Shown here piece after piece: positions 1-14,000 of a DNA stretch of 64,000 nucleotides (its first letter is position 1; every line of letters begins with the position of its first letter). Location: positions 9,796,001-9,860,000 of the forward strand of contig NC_047071.1 of NCBI RefSeq assembly GCF_902459465.1, in the 5' to 3' direction. Source of the DNA: Asterias rubens. Lineage: Eukaryota. Made by a program: the position numbers and the translations under genes. The notes under the pieces were generated by a model. That model was not told the origin of the DNA and ran no database searches. It saw nothing but the letters and a program-made list of their open reading frames with translations.

Positions 1-865
1 TTGTGTATCTTAGGTAGAAGGTAGAACCTTGCTGTACGGGGGTCATGTGGGAGGAGATAGTTAAATGTGTCTTTCTCAATACCATTGGCGTGATAAATCC
101 TAACCAGGGTGTCACTGATATCTTGGGAGAAAGATTCAGTGGGATCAGAAGCACATTCAATGTAATGATCAGTGTTACTGAGCTGTCTAAGGCCCTCAGC
201 AATGTAGTCATGTGTGTTCATGACTACAACTGCGGACCCCTTGTCAGCCCGTTCAATCACTATGTCTGGTGATTGGCGGAGTTGTGTAAGGGCGTGCCGC
301 TCATCTTGGGGGAGGTTATTGGGAGTAGGGGTACTGGGGGGCCTTAAGAACCTCGGAGTTAACCGAATTGATGTATGTCTCTAGAGACACATATCGGTTC
401 TTAGGGGGTACCCAAGTACTCTTTTCCCTGAAGCGGTTGCGGGGAATAGGTTGGGTCTCCACAGATGACTCGTCATCCATGGAGGGCTCTACATGAAAGT
501 ATTCACGTAGGCGTAACCTACGATTGAATTGGGCCATGTCCTGTTGGAAAAGAAGTTGGTTAGGCTCTCTGGGTGTGGGGCAAAACTTAAGACCCCTTGA
601 GAGGAGTTTAACCTGTGGGTCAGTAAGGACCATGTCAGACAGGTTAACTACAGTATTGGTCTCTGGCGACCTAACAGTAGGAGGAGCAATGGTGGCTCTC
701 TTACTGTGGAAACGTCTATGGGTGTGTTTATTATGGTTAGCCTGGACATTCATACGTTTCTTGTTCTGTGTGTCCATTAGGGTGGACCTTAATTGTTTGA
801 CGTTACATAGTATGGTATCTTGTAACTGTTCAAATTCTTCAATAGAGCATGACTCTATTATGACT
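1..865 (-). mobile_element. Penelope-like retroelement, N-terminal/RT-proximal ORF fragment, running off the window edge
   Basis: ORF 316-777 has VVNLS..LT..GLKFCPTP..F.RRLRLREYF..KSTWVPP. After one +1 shift near the G6 run at 336-341 the frame continues stop-free to base 1 as NNLPQDERHAL..DIVIERADKGSAVVVM..DY..RQL..DPT..RTARFYLLPKIH, typical of the PLE pre-RT region. Confidence 0.85.
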
Positions 866-1547
866 CATAAATACATATATATAATGAATAGGATAGATGG
901 CCTTAGCTTTAGATAAGTAATTGGCTTTTAGAAGCAAACATTGAAGGTTATTGCATCGCCGTTTCTCAGGAAAAATGGCACTACAATCCAGTCGTGATGA
1001 GCTTTTGGAGCTTCAGTTGTTGATGTAATAACAACTACAACAAACGCAATCTAAAAGACAACTTTAGGTTGAAGTAGAATGTACATGTGAAGTTCTAATA
1101 CATTGGCAAGGAAACAGAGGGATGCCCCCCTATTTTTGCCTCAGTGTCGTTGTCGAACCAAAACCAATTAAAGAAACCAATTACAACAATGTTTTCTTCC
1201 TCACATAATAGTTGTTGGCAGTGGTAGCACTTTATGTTAACCACCATATAGTATATAAAAACATACAAATCGGTAGATGTTTGAGATCGATCGGCATGTA
1301 TGAGATCGATCGGCCATCCTGGGTCACGAGAAAGTAGTTTAAAAACATTACACATTGCATGAAGTTGATTAACACAATGAATAAAACGCTCAATGAGCGA
1401 TAAACTCAAAACGGGAAATTGATTTTATTTATTTCCATCAAATATGACATTTTAGACCTTAGATTTTAGAAATTTAGACCTTGTCAGTTTAATGTAGATC
1501 GTGATATTCAAAGAGTTTTTCTTACCAATTGTGTTATGTTCCTTTAA

Positions 1548-1919
1548 AGACGCTGGACACTATTGGTAATTGTCAAAGACTAGTCTTCAACGGTGGTGTA
1601 TCTCAACATATGCATAAAATATAAAACCTGTAAAAACTTGAGCTCATTTGGTCGTTGAAGTTGCGAGATAATAATGAAAGAAAATGACACCCTTGTCACA
1701 CAAAGTTGTGCGCTTTCAGATGTTAGATTTCGAGACCTCAAATTCTAAATCTGAGGTCTCGAAATCAAATTCGTGGAAAATTGCTTCTTTCTCGAAAACT
1801 ACATTACTTCAGAGTTCTTTCAATGTTTTATACTATCAACCTCTCCCCATTACTCGTTACCAAGTAAGGTTTTATGCTAAATATTTATTTTGAGTCATTA
1901 CCAATAGTGTCCACTGCCT
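1548..1919 (+). mobile_element. MITE family A (~370 bp, TTAA-flanked, Kolobok-type termini)
   Basis: TTAA on both sides; TIR like AGGCAGTGGACACTATTGGTAATT; internal hairpin TTTCGAGACCTCA..TGAGGTCTCGAAA. Confidence 0.8.
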
Positions 1920-1933
1920 TTAAGCAACGCTGA

Positions 1934-2068
1934 CTATTTCACAGCATCTGCAGCCTCATTCTCAGATGGTGTCACTTTGAATTTACCACTCGGAGCTGAT
2001 GCTGTACCAATCATTATCCCCGTTCCAGTTGTTCCCGCTACTTCATTCGGGCGATACACGGCAATGAC
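1934..2068 (-). CDS. GABA-B-like exon 16 (short C-tail, stop)
   Basis: TAG|VIAVYRPNEVAGTTGTGIMIGTASAPSGKFKVTPSENEAADAVK*, 135 nt; chosen as nearest in-phase acceptor exon. Confidence 0.75.
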   Translation of the reverse strand, partial: VIAVYRPNEVAGTTGTGIMIGTASAPSGKFKVTPSENEAADAVK

Positions 2069-5000
2069 CTAGGGATAGAGGTTGTGGGCGTTACCTGATG
2101 CAAGTTTCCGTTAGGCCTGAGCGACTAGTGCGACTAGTCGAGTCGCGACTACCCGTCCGGTGAACCAATTGCATCTCGAGAATTAAAATTGAGTCGCCAA
2201 GGCCTACTTTAACTAATGACTCTTTGATTATAACGCCCACACCAGTACTAACAATCCATATAACTATAGTTTAGTGTAGTACATAGTTGCATTATATGAA
2301 ATTATGGTAGCCCTGAAGGTACATCGCACAATTCAAATGCGTATGCGATCAATCTTGTGATATTTTTCACGAGTCAAATTAATGTGCATTGTACTTAAGC
2401 CCAGCTCATACCTCCTGTTCAGTTCCTGTGAAACATTAGCTGCGGAAACAACCCTATGGCGTCAAAATTCAGATCGCATTCGCATTCGCAATTAGTATGA
2501 ACCGGGCTTCATGCGAACACTTCGTCATGACTTATGTGTACTTGTTTTGGATACCTTTGAAACAACTTTATGCATCTCAAAATAACAGTACGATCAAGTC
2601 TAATATTTGGTAAATGGTATGTTCTTACCTTTGGAAAGAACAGCATACAGAGTGAAGCTGTTATGCAGAAAAGCAGAAAAACGGACACGAGGGCAAAGGT
2701 CACGCCGATGGATGACACTGTAAGGAACGATAACGGCACAGCAACGACACAGCAGATGACGGTGTTGTAGATTGACAGCCCTACGTAATAACTGTCATTC
2801 AGACCAGGCACGTTGATGTTTCTGAAAACGGTTAATACAAGTATGAAACCATTTTTTTTGTAATATCCATTAAAGAGTTTGTTGCCCCAACTAAGGTTTG
2901 TCGTTGTTTCTATTTGGGTAGAAGGCGATGACATCCGCTTCGGTATAAAGGGTCTGGGTACTTTTTTGTAGGACAAAAACATTATGTCCACAGATTTAAA
3001 TTAAGTTTACACAGTTTTAAGATAATGAAGATAGAAAACAAGCTTCCCTAAAAACATCATTTTCTGAGGTGATGTAGTTTTTGATACATGAGTAAAACAA
3101 TGTCTCGAAAATAATTTTCGTCTCAGTGATCATGAGACGAAAATTATTTTAGCATGGAAAAACGTATTTTCATGACATTGTTTTACTTATTTTCTCAAAA
3201 ACGACAGCACCTCAGCAAGGAATATTTTAAAGTACACTTTCTATCTTCAAACGGTGTTGGTTTAATGTAAGTCTGTGGACATTGCGTTTTGTGTTACAAA
3301 AAGGAACCCGAATCATTTAACGTCATTCCCTAATATCTAACACTTCCATTTTATACTTCGATAACTACCCCGAGAGAAAAACAACAAGACCTTTTCTCTG
3401 AAATCTTCTCAGGGATCTGCAAATATTGCCAAAAAGGCCAAATTTATATTTTTGCCCGAGATATAATTAGATTATAACAAAATAAACGTAAGTGATTTGG
3501 ACGGCATGTCGTGACCGTTGCTTCGTCCTTCAGATGGGACATAAAGCCGTTGGTCCCGTTTGTTGTGTAACGCATGTAAAATAATCCAGTGTACCTATCG
3601 ACAAGAGAAGTTGTTCGCCCGGTGTTCCTAGCTGGATTGGCAGCATTTTGCGTAAAAGTGCCTTGTCAATTATTACATTTACATGGTGCTATGTAAAAAG
3701 AGTAGATCTCAGTCATAGTTCAAACGTAGTTCAACATACCTTGCATAATTGTATGTTAAAGCGTGATATAAACCTACAAACTACCAAAATTACCTTGTAG
3801 ACCAAGCAAGAAATGCACCAAATACCACAATAAATGTCTTGTAGATGAGTATAGCCGTGGTCCAAACAGTGCTGTTTTCGGACGTACAGTTGACGTAAAG
3901 CAAGACGTGCTTTTCATTTTTGGAAAGATGTTCTTCCGTCTGGAGGAAAAACACCAACGAAACAAACAAACAAACAAGAACAAAAAAAATATGTATAAGC
4001 ACTTTTTGTATATCGTAAAACCTAAAACTACAGAACCCCTTCAGGGACAGGTGAACAATTATTGAAATTGTGAACAAATTTCGAAATACTACTTGGTTCC
4101 CTCGAAATCATTTCGTTCTCTCGAAAATTGTTTCTCTCACACGAAATGTATTATTTATTTCCGTCTATTTAACAATTAGATTTAAAGAAATGATATTTCG
4201 GGGGAATCTGATCGTATGCGGATAGACGTGTTGTCGTTGATGTAGCTGCTGATGCCGTTGCTGCAAGAACTGCCGTTGATGTTACTGCTAATGTTTAATA
4301 TAGTCTTTAAGAATGACCGACTGAAATAAACTATATAATATTACAGTCACCAACAAGTCACTATAACTGTTTATTTTACCTGCACAACTGGTTCTCGTCT
4401 GTCTTCAGTACGCATTGGATTAGCTACCTGCCATGGGATGAGGATTGCTAAGTCAACAAAAAGTAGCACAGCGATGACAGCAAACAGTTGTCGATCTTTT
4501 ATTACCTAAGAAAAAATAAAACACGGGGTACCATTGCGGTTATTTGTTTTATGAGTTAACCATAACTTCACCCCAATGCAGTTTACTACTGGAAGTGATG
4601 TGGAATTAAATGCACCAATTGTCATTATTCTTGCTTGGAAGTCTGTTCACGTGTTGTATTCCAACATATGCACAAAATAACAAACCTGTGACAATTGGGG
4701 CTCAATTGGTCATCGATTTTCCAATAGAATAATGGAAAGAAAAAAAAACACCCTTGTTGCAATATTGTGTGTGCTTTCTGGTGCATAATAAAAAAGGCTT
4801 CAGCTGAAGTATTGTAAGTTTTTATGCTAACAATTATTTTGAGCAATTACCAATAGTGTCCATTTATTTTAACATGTATACCTTTCTCTTAGTCTTGTTA
4901 GCGATGACGATGCTATACACACGCCACATCTTGGTGAACATCCCGCCAAAGGATAATGTAAAACCCAGTGAGATGATCCAAGTACGAAACTGGCACAGAA

Positions 5001-8000
5001 AGTTTGTTAATAGGAAACACGAATCAATCAACTTACAGGGAAACACAAACCTACGTGTGAGGTTCTTCTAGGTAGATAGTGTAATAATTATGTAGCCTTA
5101 AAAGGAACGTCGAAAATTGTATGTTCACCTTAATGTTTACGATTTCTGCCCTTTATCGCGAAAATTCACGTAAATATTTTGTCACCCCAACAACACTTCG
5201 AGCGTACATTATTTTGTTCAGTCTCCTACATGCTTCGTAGTTTCACAGTGTTTTTACTTGTTTTCTTGCTGTAGAAACTACGTGCTTGGAACAAACAAAA
5301 ATACAAAATAATGTTTTTTGATGTTTTGTGCTCTGACTTAAAGACACTATTGGTAATTGGTAATTGTCAAAGAGTAGTCTTCACAGTTGGTGTATCTCAA
5401 CATAATGCATAAAATAACTAACCTGTGAAAATTTGAGCTCAATCAGTTTTGAGCTTTCAGATGCTTGATTTCGAGACCTAAAATTCTAAATCTGAGGTCT
5501 CGAAATCAAATTCGTGGAAAATTACTTCTTTCTCGAAAACTACGTCATTTCAGAGGGAGCTGTTTCTCACAATGTTTTGTACTACCAACCTCTCCCCGTT
5601 ACTCGTAATCAAGAAAGGTTTTATGCTAATAATTATTTTGAGTAATAACCAATAGTGTCCACTGCCTTTAATAAGCAATAAAGTAACGAAGGTAAGTGCT
5701 ATTGTTCGTGCTAAAACAGTGGCATTATTCCAAATGCGCTATTCGTAAAAAAGTATTTCGTTTTTGTTTTTAACACTTTTGGTGTGCGTGCAATACAATG
5801 CTAACTGGAACCTTCGAGTCAGTTCGTGATCGCGAACACTATTTTTACTAGTTCGTGTACGTAGGTTCAGTCATTCATTTCATTCAAACTTATATTTATT
5901 TCCATACTTCATGTTAACAGAGTACAACATCAATGTTGTAATGCAAATCGTTACAAAAAAGTACTGTCAAGCCCATGAAACTTTGAAACTTTATGAAATG
6001 TTCAGCCCCGGTGTACTTCAATGTACTTGTTTTCATATATCGGTATTTACTGGAGTGTAATAATGTTGGTTGGTTAACTCACCACACAAATTGATACCAA
6101 CGTGTCCTTACCCACCATAGAGTTGTCAATGCCTAGGAGCACCACACTGAGGTATGCAAATATAAAGCCACAAGCTATTAGATTATTCACTTGTGGACTT
6201 GACATCTTGACTTGTCTGTGATAAAAAAAATAAAAAAGTGTAGTCAGAGAAAACAAATAAACATGAGTTAATGTTTATCTAACATATATGTTAATTTGAA
6301 TCCGAATATTTTTGTATCTTCTTTTGCGGGGGGGGGGGGGGTGGGTTGCTTCTTTTCATTTTTATTTTTTTTTTTTTGAGAGAGAGAAAGAGAGAGGCAA
6401 GGCCGGACCACCACTTCAAGATGAGGGCTACACCTAACTAGTTTTGGATATCAGCCCAAATCAACTGTCGCCAGGGGCCAATGCCACATACTGACTTGGA
6501 CGAAATCAGGATAAGTGTCTTTACAGTACGTCAGGATAGGCATCATCAACTATTCATCTTAAATTGTGGAGGTAGTGCTATAGCTTTCTGTTGTATCGGA
6601 CAAGTTTCTGATGGATGATACCATAGCATAAATCCATATGAACTCTAAAGGGGGGGGGGTAACCCCGTTTTAGCCCCAGGAGTAGGTGGCTGTCATGGTC
6701 CAGAGTAAATGGTCCAGAGTAAAATGTCCGGTTTTGTAAATAAGCGTTGGGATTAAAGTAACAATGGAGTAATGTTTCTTTATTGAAGTATTTAATACTA
6801 TACGTGTAGAATGTTATAGATTTCCTTAGAGGGGCGAGCACACATACTTTAAGTTTGGGTGAGCAGTCACGCGTGTGTTAAACTCGTTAATCGGTTGGAA
6901 CTTTTCTTCGTACGCCACACAAACACCTGTTTTGCAGACATGAACAGAATATTGGAATTCGCAGAGTTTGGAGAATGCTGAGAATTCAGGATTCACTACA
7001 TAAGGAAGGATTGCGGCCATCCTCGTCCCTCACATTCTTATTTCTTCAGTTTCGGGGCGGAGGTCTGCAGAGTAGCAGAGTTGAGTGGGCAGAGAATTCC
7101 CTCTGAGTATGCCCACGTTGGAGCGGCATTTTTAATTGCCGAACTGTGATGTTCGACATGTGTTAGTTTCGCCGTTCCTGCACGGATCAATCCGTGAAGC
7201 CTCCAGTAAAGTTCGTCGCTGCCGAAACCATGCAGTAAGCTGCGGTGGCTCTTCAATGACGGGGAGTTTGCACGTCGACGAAGCGGAGCTGTGACTTCCC
7301 GAGAGCGTCGAACTTTACGACACACAGACTCGTGACTTGGGTACTGTGTGAGTTTTCTTTTCCTCCCCGAGCTGCGGTCGTCGGACTTTGTTGTACCGGT
7401 TGCGTGAAGCAACGACGGTACGAAAGCAGAGAGCACCGAGGGGGCCGACCATTTTTCCACACCGGGTTTCATCACATCGCGTACCTTGGAAGTACAACAA
7501 TCTACGGGGACATTTTCATCAGAATAGGCGAACACTGGTCTTCAGCTCTCTCCGAGAGAGTCGAGGTATATCATAGGCTGTTGGGTCTTCAACCCTATTT
7601 TGCCTGGGCTGCTCGCCCCCCGTTTATATTTTATATTCAATTCATGTCACAACTGGTTAACTGCCTTTTTGTATTGCCTTATTTTTGTTTACGTAATGGT
7701 TTATATTTAATTTAATTGAACATACTTGCTGTTTCATATTATGCTGGTCTGTTTGACTACTTTTGTTACCCTTATTTCTTTAGGGCGGGGTTATTTTTCG
7801 AAGTCTCTGGCCTTTAGGAATTTGGATCGTAACAGTGGCTTTACGGCCCCTGGAAAAATAGTTGATTGTAGCCTACACCTTGAAGTGGCCTTCAGGCCTT
7901 GTGTGTCTGGCGACATGCACACAAAGGAAAATAATTTTAAAAATCTGGCTGGTAAGCCGAATGTAGTACCTCTTCAACTTTCTACGGAGGAGCTAAAGTG

Positions 8001-11000
8001 CCTTGCTTAAGGGCACAACACAAGCGGCTTGACATGGATTCGAACCCGCACTCCGCTGCTGTCAACACCAGAGGTTGGGTCCGAAGTTTGAAAATATGGA
8101 AATAATCATCAGGGTTACCTTCAACAAGACAGAATGTAAGGGGCACTTCGTATCACTTTATTGTTCATTGGCTGAATATAGGCTCTTATAAAAAAATGTA
8201 ATAACAACTAAACACAATAATAAACTGAGTGTGCAATTTTTGTGTGACCACAAAGCTTAATATTAGTTTTAGACTTTGCTGCATTTAGTAAAATATATAA
8301 TTGCAAAAAAGACAAACCAAAGATGCTAACTTGTGTTTACGTTTCCAGATGTTGAACCCGAGGAACAAAACAGCAAGAACCATTCCAAGGACAGCTAACA
8401 CAGACATTACAATCATGGTGGGAAGGGGCGTGGCTTGCAGGTCAAAGATAACAACTGTAATGTCGGAATCATGTGGGGGTTTTCCATCTATAGGGATGAC
8501 GACAACAAATAGCATAAGAGTATGCAAACACACAAGACTGTTATTCCTTTTCTGTAACTATAACATCCAAGTATAGTATAATCTTGTGGCTCGGTTATGA
8601 AATGAAAACTTTGTAAAATGACTGCTGAGCCTAAATAGACTTGATTCAGTTGAAACACAGCAGAAATATCCAAGTACAAGACGAAGGCTGTGTGTAGTTT
8701 CATGAATCTAAATAGTGGCTGATTGTGTATGTATTTACAAGTAACGCTACTAAACATGTTTATTGATCCAACAATTATCTCAGTGTATTATCCCAAAACG
8801 ATAGAGCACCATCCATATTTACAATTATAGCATTCATCAATTTATTGTACAACGATAAACAAAAGCACTTACCACTGTAGTACCAAATATCTTCGGTAGG
8901 GATAGACCACGTGATCTCAATTGCAGCAGTGTCAAACGTGCCAATGTGAGTTTCTGTGCCCGCTTTGAAGTTCAAAAATAAATCGAATTCACGTGATCAG
9001 TTACGTGTTTCAATATTACTTCGGCTTGCTTACAAATTCGAAAATTTTCATTATTTCAAACGTTTTATTTTTTGAATAAAGAATACTGTATGATAAAAAG
9101 GAACACGCCATGCCGTAAGATATCATGAGCAAGTATTTTAAATAGCTGATGTATTTGACGGTTTTAAAATCAATTTTAGGGTACGGCATAGGTATAGGGT
9201 CATCGGTTGGCATAAGAAGTATGGGTCACTACGGATCTGTATAGACTATCGCCAACTCCAAAATCGAACTGCTTTTGATGCCTATCCCCTCCCACGTATA
9301 GAATATGCATTAGATGCATTAGGAGGCGCAAATACGTCCGCAAGTAAGAACAGCAAACACTTATCGTGGAAGAGTAAATGGGTTAACCCCGGTGTTTCTT
9401 ATGCAGAAACCCTTGTTTAGAGGTTTCCTATGACTTTTATTAAAAATAAAAAATACAGAGTGATGAACTTTACTTTATGAGGCATCATTGAGGAACGTTT
9501 GCACATTAACTTACCAATGTTCTGTTCTATCAGCAGATTACCAATTCTGTATCCAGTTTCATGAAAACTCACATACCCCTTTGAAGACAAAGTAAAGATT
9601 AATGAGAATAATTATATTTTATGAATCGTTTCAGTGTATCTGCTCAAAGACTGAACAAAAACCATAAAATACAAATATTCTATAGACCAATCCAGTCGCA
9701 CAAGTGCTGGGCGCCGCCATGGGTGCTGCGCGCCACTGCTGCGGTGTCTTTGAGCCAAGTTTTGTGCACAAAGACATGATAAAATCGTTTTCCTTTTCAC
9801 TTTTTATGGAAATTGAATGTCTTCCTCGACAATCTATGCAATTTCCCTGACATGGCTACATGATATAACGATATACTACATTCTTGAATGTTTTTGTTTA
9901 ATTATAAGCACAAAGTAAAATTCTGAAATTCTGACAAAATGTAACGCATTTTAGCGACTTTTATGCAGTTTACGTTTTCCCCTAACTCACCTAAGACAAT
10001 CATCGTTGTCAAGATGATTGGGTTTCTATTTAGTTGCAAATATTTGTGGTGAGTGATCTTCATTAGTATATCATGATGTCCTGGCAAGGAAATTGTGTAA
10101 GTCGTTGAGGAAAACATTTAATTTCCATAAAGAGTGAAAATTAACATGATTTCCTCATGTCTTTGTGCAAAAAACTAGGCACATGTACACCGCAGCAATG
10201 GCGCACGGTGCTCAACACTTGTGCGCCCGGTGCGCGTCGGATCGGTCTAAAAGAACAAACCCAGCGGAAAAATACGTTGAATTAACGTTCAAAAACAACG
10301 TCTCATGCCGACGTTGGAGTAACGTTCAATAATGATTGGATTTGCAAATTGAAATAACGTGGAACTCTGAGGTAGAAACAACATAGAAAACCGCTACGTT
10401 CTTTAAAAGGTCATTATTTATATCTTAATTCAGCGTTAAGTTTCTACGTTGTAATAACGTTGAACAACGGTTGGATTTGCAAATTGAAATAACGTAGAAA
10501 TTCTGACGTAGAAACAACATAACAAATCACTATGTTGGTTCAATGTTGTTTCAACGTCAAGTGTCGACGTTAAAATAATGTTGAATAATGATTGGATTTG
10601 CAAGTTTAAATAACGTAGAAATGCTGATGTAGAAACAACGTGGAAATCACAATGTAGTTCTAAAAAAAATGGTCCTTTAATTAGTTAGTTCAATTAATTA
10701 TCATCCGTGTCTGTTCTCAGTTATATAATTTACACGTTTCTGGTTATTTACACGATTCATAACGCAATACATAAATACACTCACTACAACCTATCTAGGC
10801 CAATGCATCTTTATACACTGCATGTCTTGTATATATGTAGACCAGGATCCCTAGATTTTCCAGTCATGGCTTACTCCTAAAACTGTTTAAATATTAATTC
10901 AAATGTTTAAATTACAAATGCTTAATTGTTTGGACTTTTGTTGTACATATTTTTTTTACATTCGAATTAAACATAAAAGTACTGAAACTTCCCTCGGATA

Positions 11001-14000
11001 ACCAACTTAAACCAAATTGTTATATTATCAAAGAAAAATCTCACACTTCTAGGCCCCACCCACACATTTTTGATACTATATCATTGTTAAACCAAAGTTG
11101 GATCAATGTTGGCTCAACAATTAGCGTGATCGTCTAATGGTATTGATTATTTGGTTGTTCCACCAACGTTAGCATTAACTCTCACAATCTAACGTGTTCC
11201 ACAATCAAACTATTCTGTAACTATTCTGTAAGGACGGTTATATTTAATAAGTTGCCGCTTTATTGTCGTACTATGAGACTATAATAGTTCAATATAAGTT
11301 TCCCTTGGCAACTCGCCATTTGATGTAACCCAATCATAAACCAACATTGTTATACATAGTCACAATTCCGACTCCTTAGGACAGTCAAGCATACTATTTG
11401 GTAAAACACATACACCACCGCTGCTGCAAGACATGTGCTTTAGAATGGCAAATGTGTTTGGTTCGACTCACATCAGTATTTTTGCCGGGTTTTTTTTTCA
11501 CAGGACTCAGGAAAGTACAAGTTTTAGACAAATCTTTAGTGCTTTAGATCAATCGGTGTATGAATAAAACCATGTCGAGTGTCCCCAACTGCTTACCACT
11601 AAACTACCGTGAATACCAGCTAGCTAGAGGAAGTTCGAATCTTTTACTTTATAAGATCTAGCACGGTCGATATTGTTTATGTAAGCGGACCACTAAAAGC
11701 GTATAGAGGGCGCACTTCATTTGGTGAGACGATCGTACGGAGCCCATATGAGGTACAGGTAAACATTCAAAAAGTACGAAAGAAATCACAATTATTTCGA
11801 TCCATTGTAATAATAAAGGTTTTCTCGGCCAACTTCGGCAGATGAGCAGCCAATTTAACCACCAAGCTATTTCATTTCGCGCGGAATCGGATGCTACTGA
11901 AAAGAGTCATTCAATTTCAATTTATGATTTATCAAAATGTAATGTTGCGTCATTTGATTGAACAAAATAATCATTCAATTGAACAATTCATCAATGCAGC
12001 ATTCAAATTTGCAGACGCTTTTTGAGGCGTGTGTGTCACGAAAAAGAATGACGATACGCTAAGTTTAACAGGGTGCTAAAGGAATTCGACTCCACTCAAA
12101 CCGAAATTGAATGGCCGAATTCTGAATTTAAAACGCAGTAACAACTGCAGAGGCAAAACAGCTTTAATTCGAACGCATGAAAATGAAATTGGCTGCTCAT
12201 TTGCCGAAATTGACCGAGAAAACCTATACTTCGTTACCTCAAAATTCCATTTCGCTACAACAAAATATCATTTCGTTCCCTCGAAATGTTATTTCGTTAA
12301 CATAATAGGTTGTTTCGGTCATGCATTAAAACGGCTCAATGTCAGTATAGTGCAAAAGTAGGAAGGGGACAAACTTACTGACATTCCAGCAAACGTCTGG
12401 TTTAAAATACACTGGCCGACTACATTGGCGTATTCCTCGTCATGATACTCGTATGAATCCAGACTCTTTGAAAGCAATGGTTCCGCCTTATCAAAGGCCA
12501 GTGCTAATGCCCATACTGCATCGTAACTATTGGCTGCGTAAGTTGGATCGTTCACGGCGATGTTGTAACCAAGTTGGGCGGACATATCTTTCCGGAATTC
12601 TGCTGGTGTCTGAAAGTAATACCAGTGGAATACAGGACATAGTGATATCCAGAGCAACTACACTCTGCTATTTTGTATGTATTGTGAATGCAAGTATATA
12701 TCGTACGATGTCCCTGCAAACTGTATTATGTATCTATAGTATCTATATGCCTCTCATTGAAGTATGTAGACTAGTATCGGCCACAATATGGTTTATTTGT
12801 TTTGTTGAAGTGGCTAAGCACCGTGCATACTTCCTGCGAATGCAAATGCGCCACAAAAATTGGACTTCACAAAAGTTGCAACAATTGACTTGTGTGCCCA
12901 TCAACGCTGCGAAAACAGCCCTGTGACGTATAAATTTGCTTCGCATTCGTACGATGTATGAACCGGTGTGGCGGTTTCAGTCTTCCACCGTGTTAAGTTT
13001 TCCGGGTGACGTAGCCGGACATTTCAGCACGTTGTTCGAACGGTTTTAGCTTTCCGGCGTGTTCAGTTTTCCGGGTGACGTAGCCAGACAAAAATACCGC
13101 CGCGAGTACTCTGGTGAGTACTGTAGTTCAGTGAAATAAAAATAAATAAATAACTAAATAACTAAAATAAAAAACGGTAATAAATAAACAAACTAAACCA
13201 GAATAATAATAAAAAAATATTCTGATTCTCTGACGCTCCTATAGGTATAGGTACCACTGGTTAAATACAGGATACTTTGCTTGGTCTTCACACCAAATTC
13301 TCTCATACGAACCACGCGTTCGCCGCTCGTTGTACTCGTGGACGCCGCCATGACAGCTACCGGAGAGTAACACGGATGACCCACGGCACTAAAAATGGAC
13401 CACTTTCGCTTGGGCATCGCATGACGTAATGTTACCGTATTTGGTCATTCGGAAAACTGAACACGGCGGAAAGTTGAAACCGCCACACCGGGCTTTACTG
13501 TTGTTTTGTTGTTGGTGGTTCTGTTGCCGCTGTCGCTGTGGTGGTCGTTGCTTTGTTGTTGATAGCGTTGTTCTGTTTGTTTGAAGCTGCTGTTGATGTT
13601 GCTGCTGCTAGCTGTGGCTGTCACTGCCAGTGTTGTTGCTGCTGCATAGCTTTTACTGTCTTGTAGTTATTGTTACTGCTTTTGCTGTGCTATTGCATCT
13701 AATGTGTGCTGCTTCTGACACTTAAAAAAACAATTGTAATAATTGGCCGTTTTCGGCAGGTGCCGAGTTCGTATTTGTACATGTATCTGGCGAGTTTGCT
13801 AGGTGCCGAGTTTGTGGGTGCTATGAGTTTGCTAGGTGCCGAGTTTGCTAGGTGCCGAGTTTGTGGGTGCTGGGTTTGTGGGTTCCGAGGTTGTAAGGTG
13901 TCGATAAGACCGGAACCCGTGTTGCTTTCGTTTTTGTCTAGTTGAGGCATAATGAATGAACTGCAGGGAAATATGCTAGAGTAAATGAATGGAATCAACA

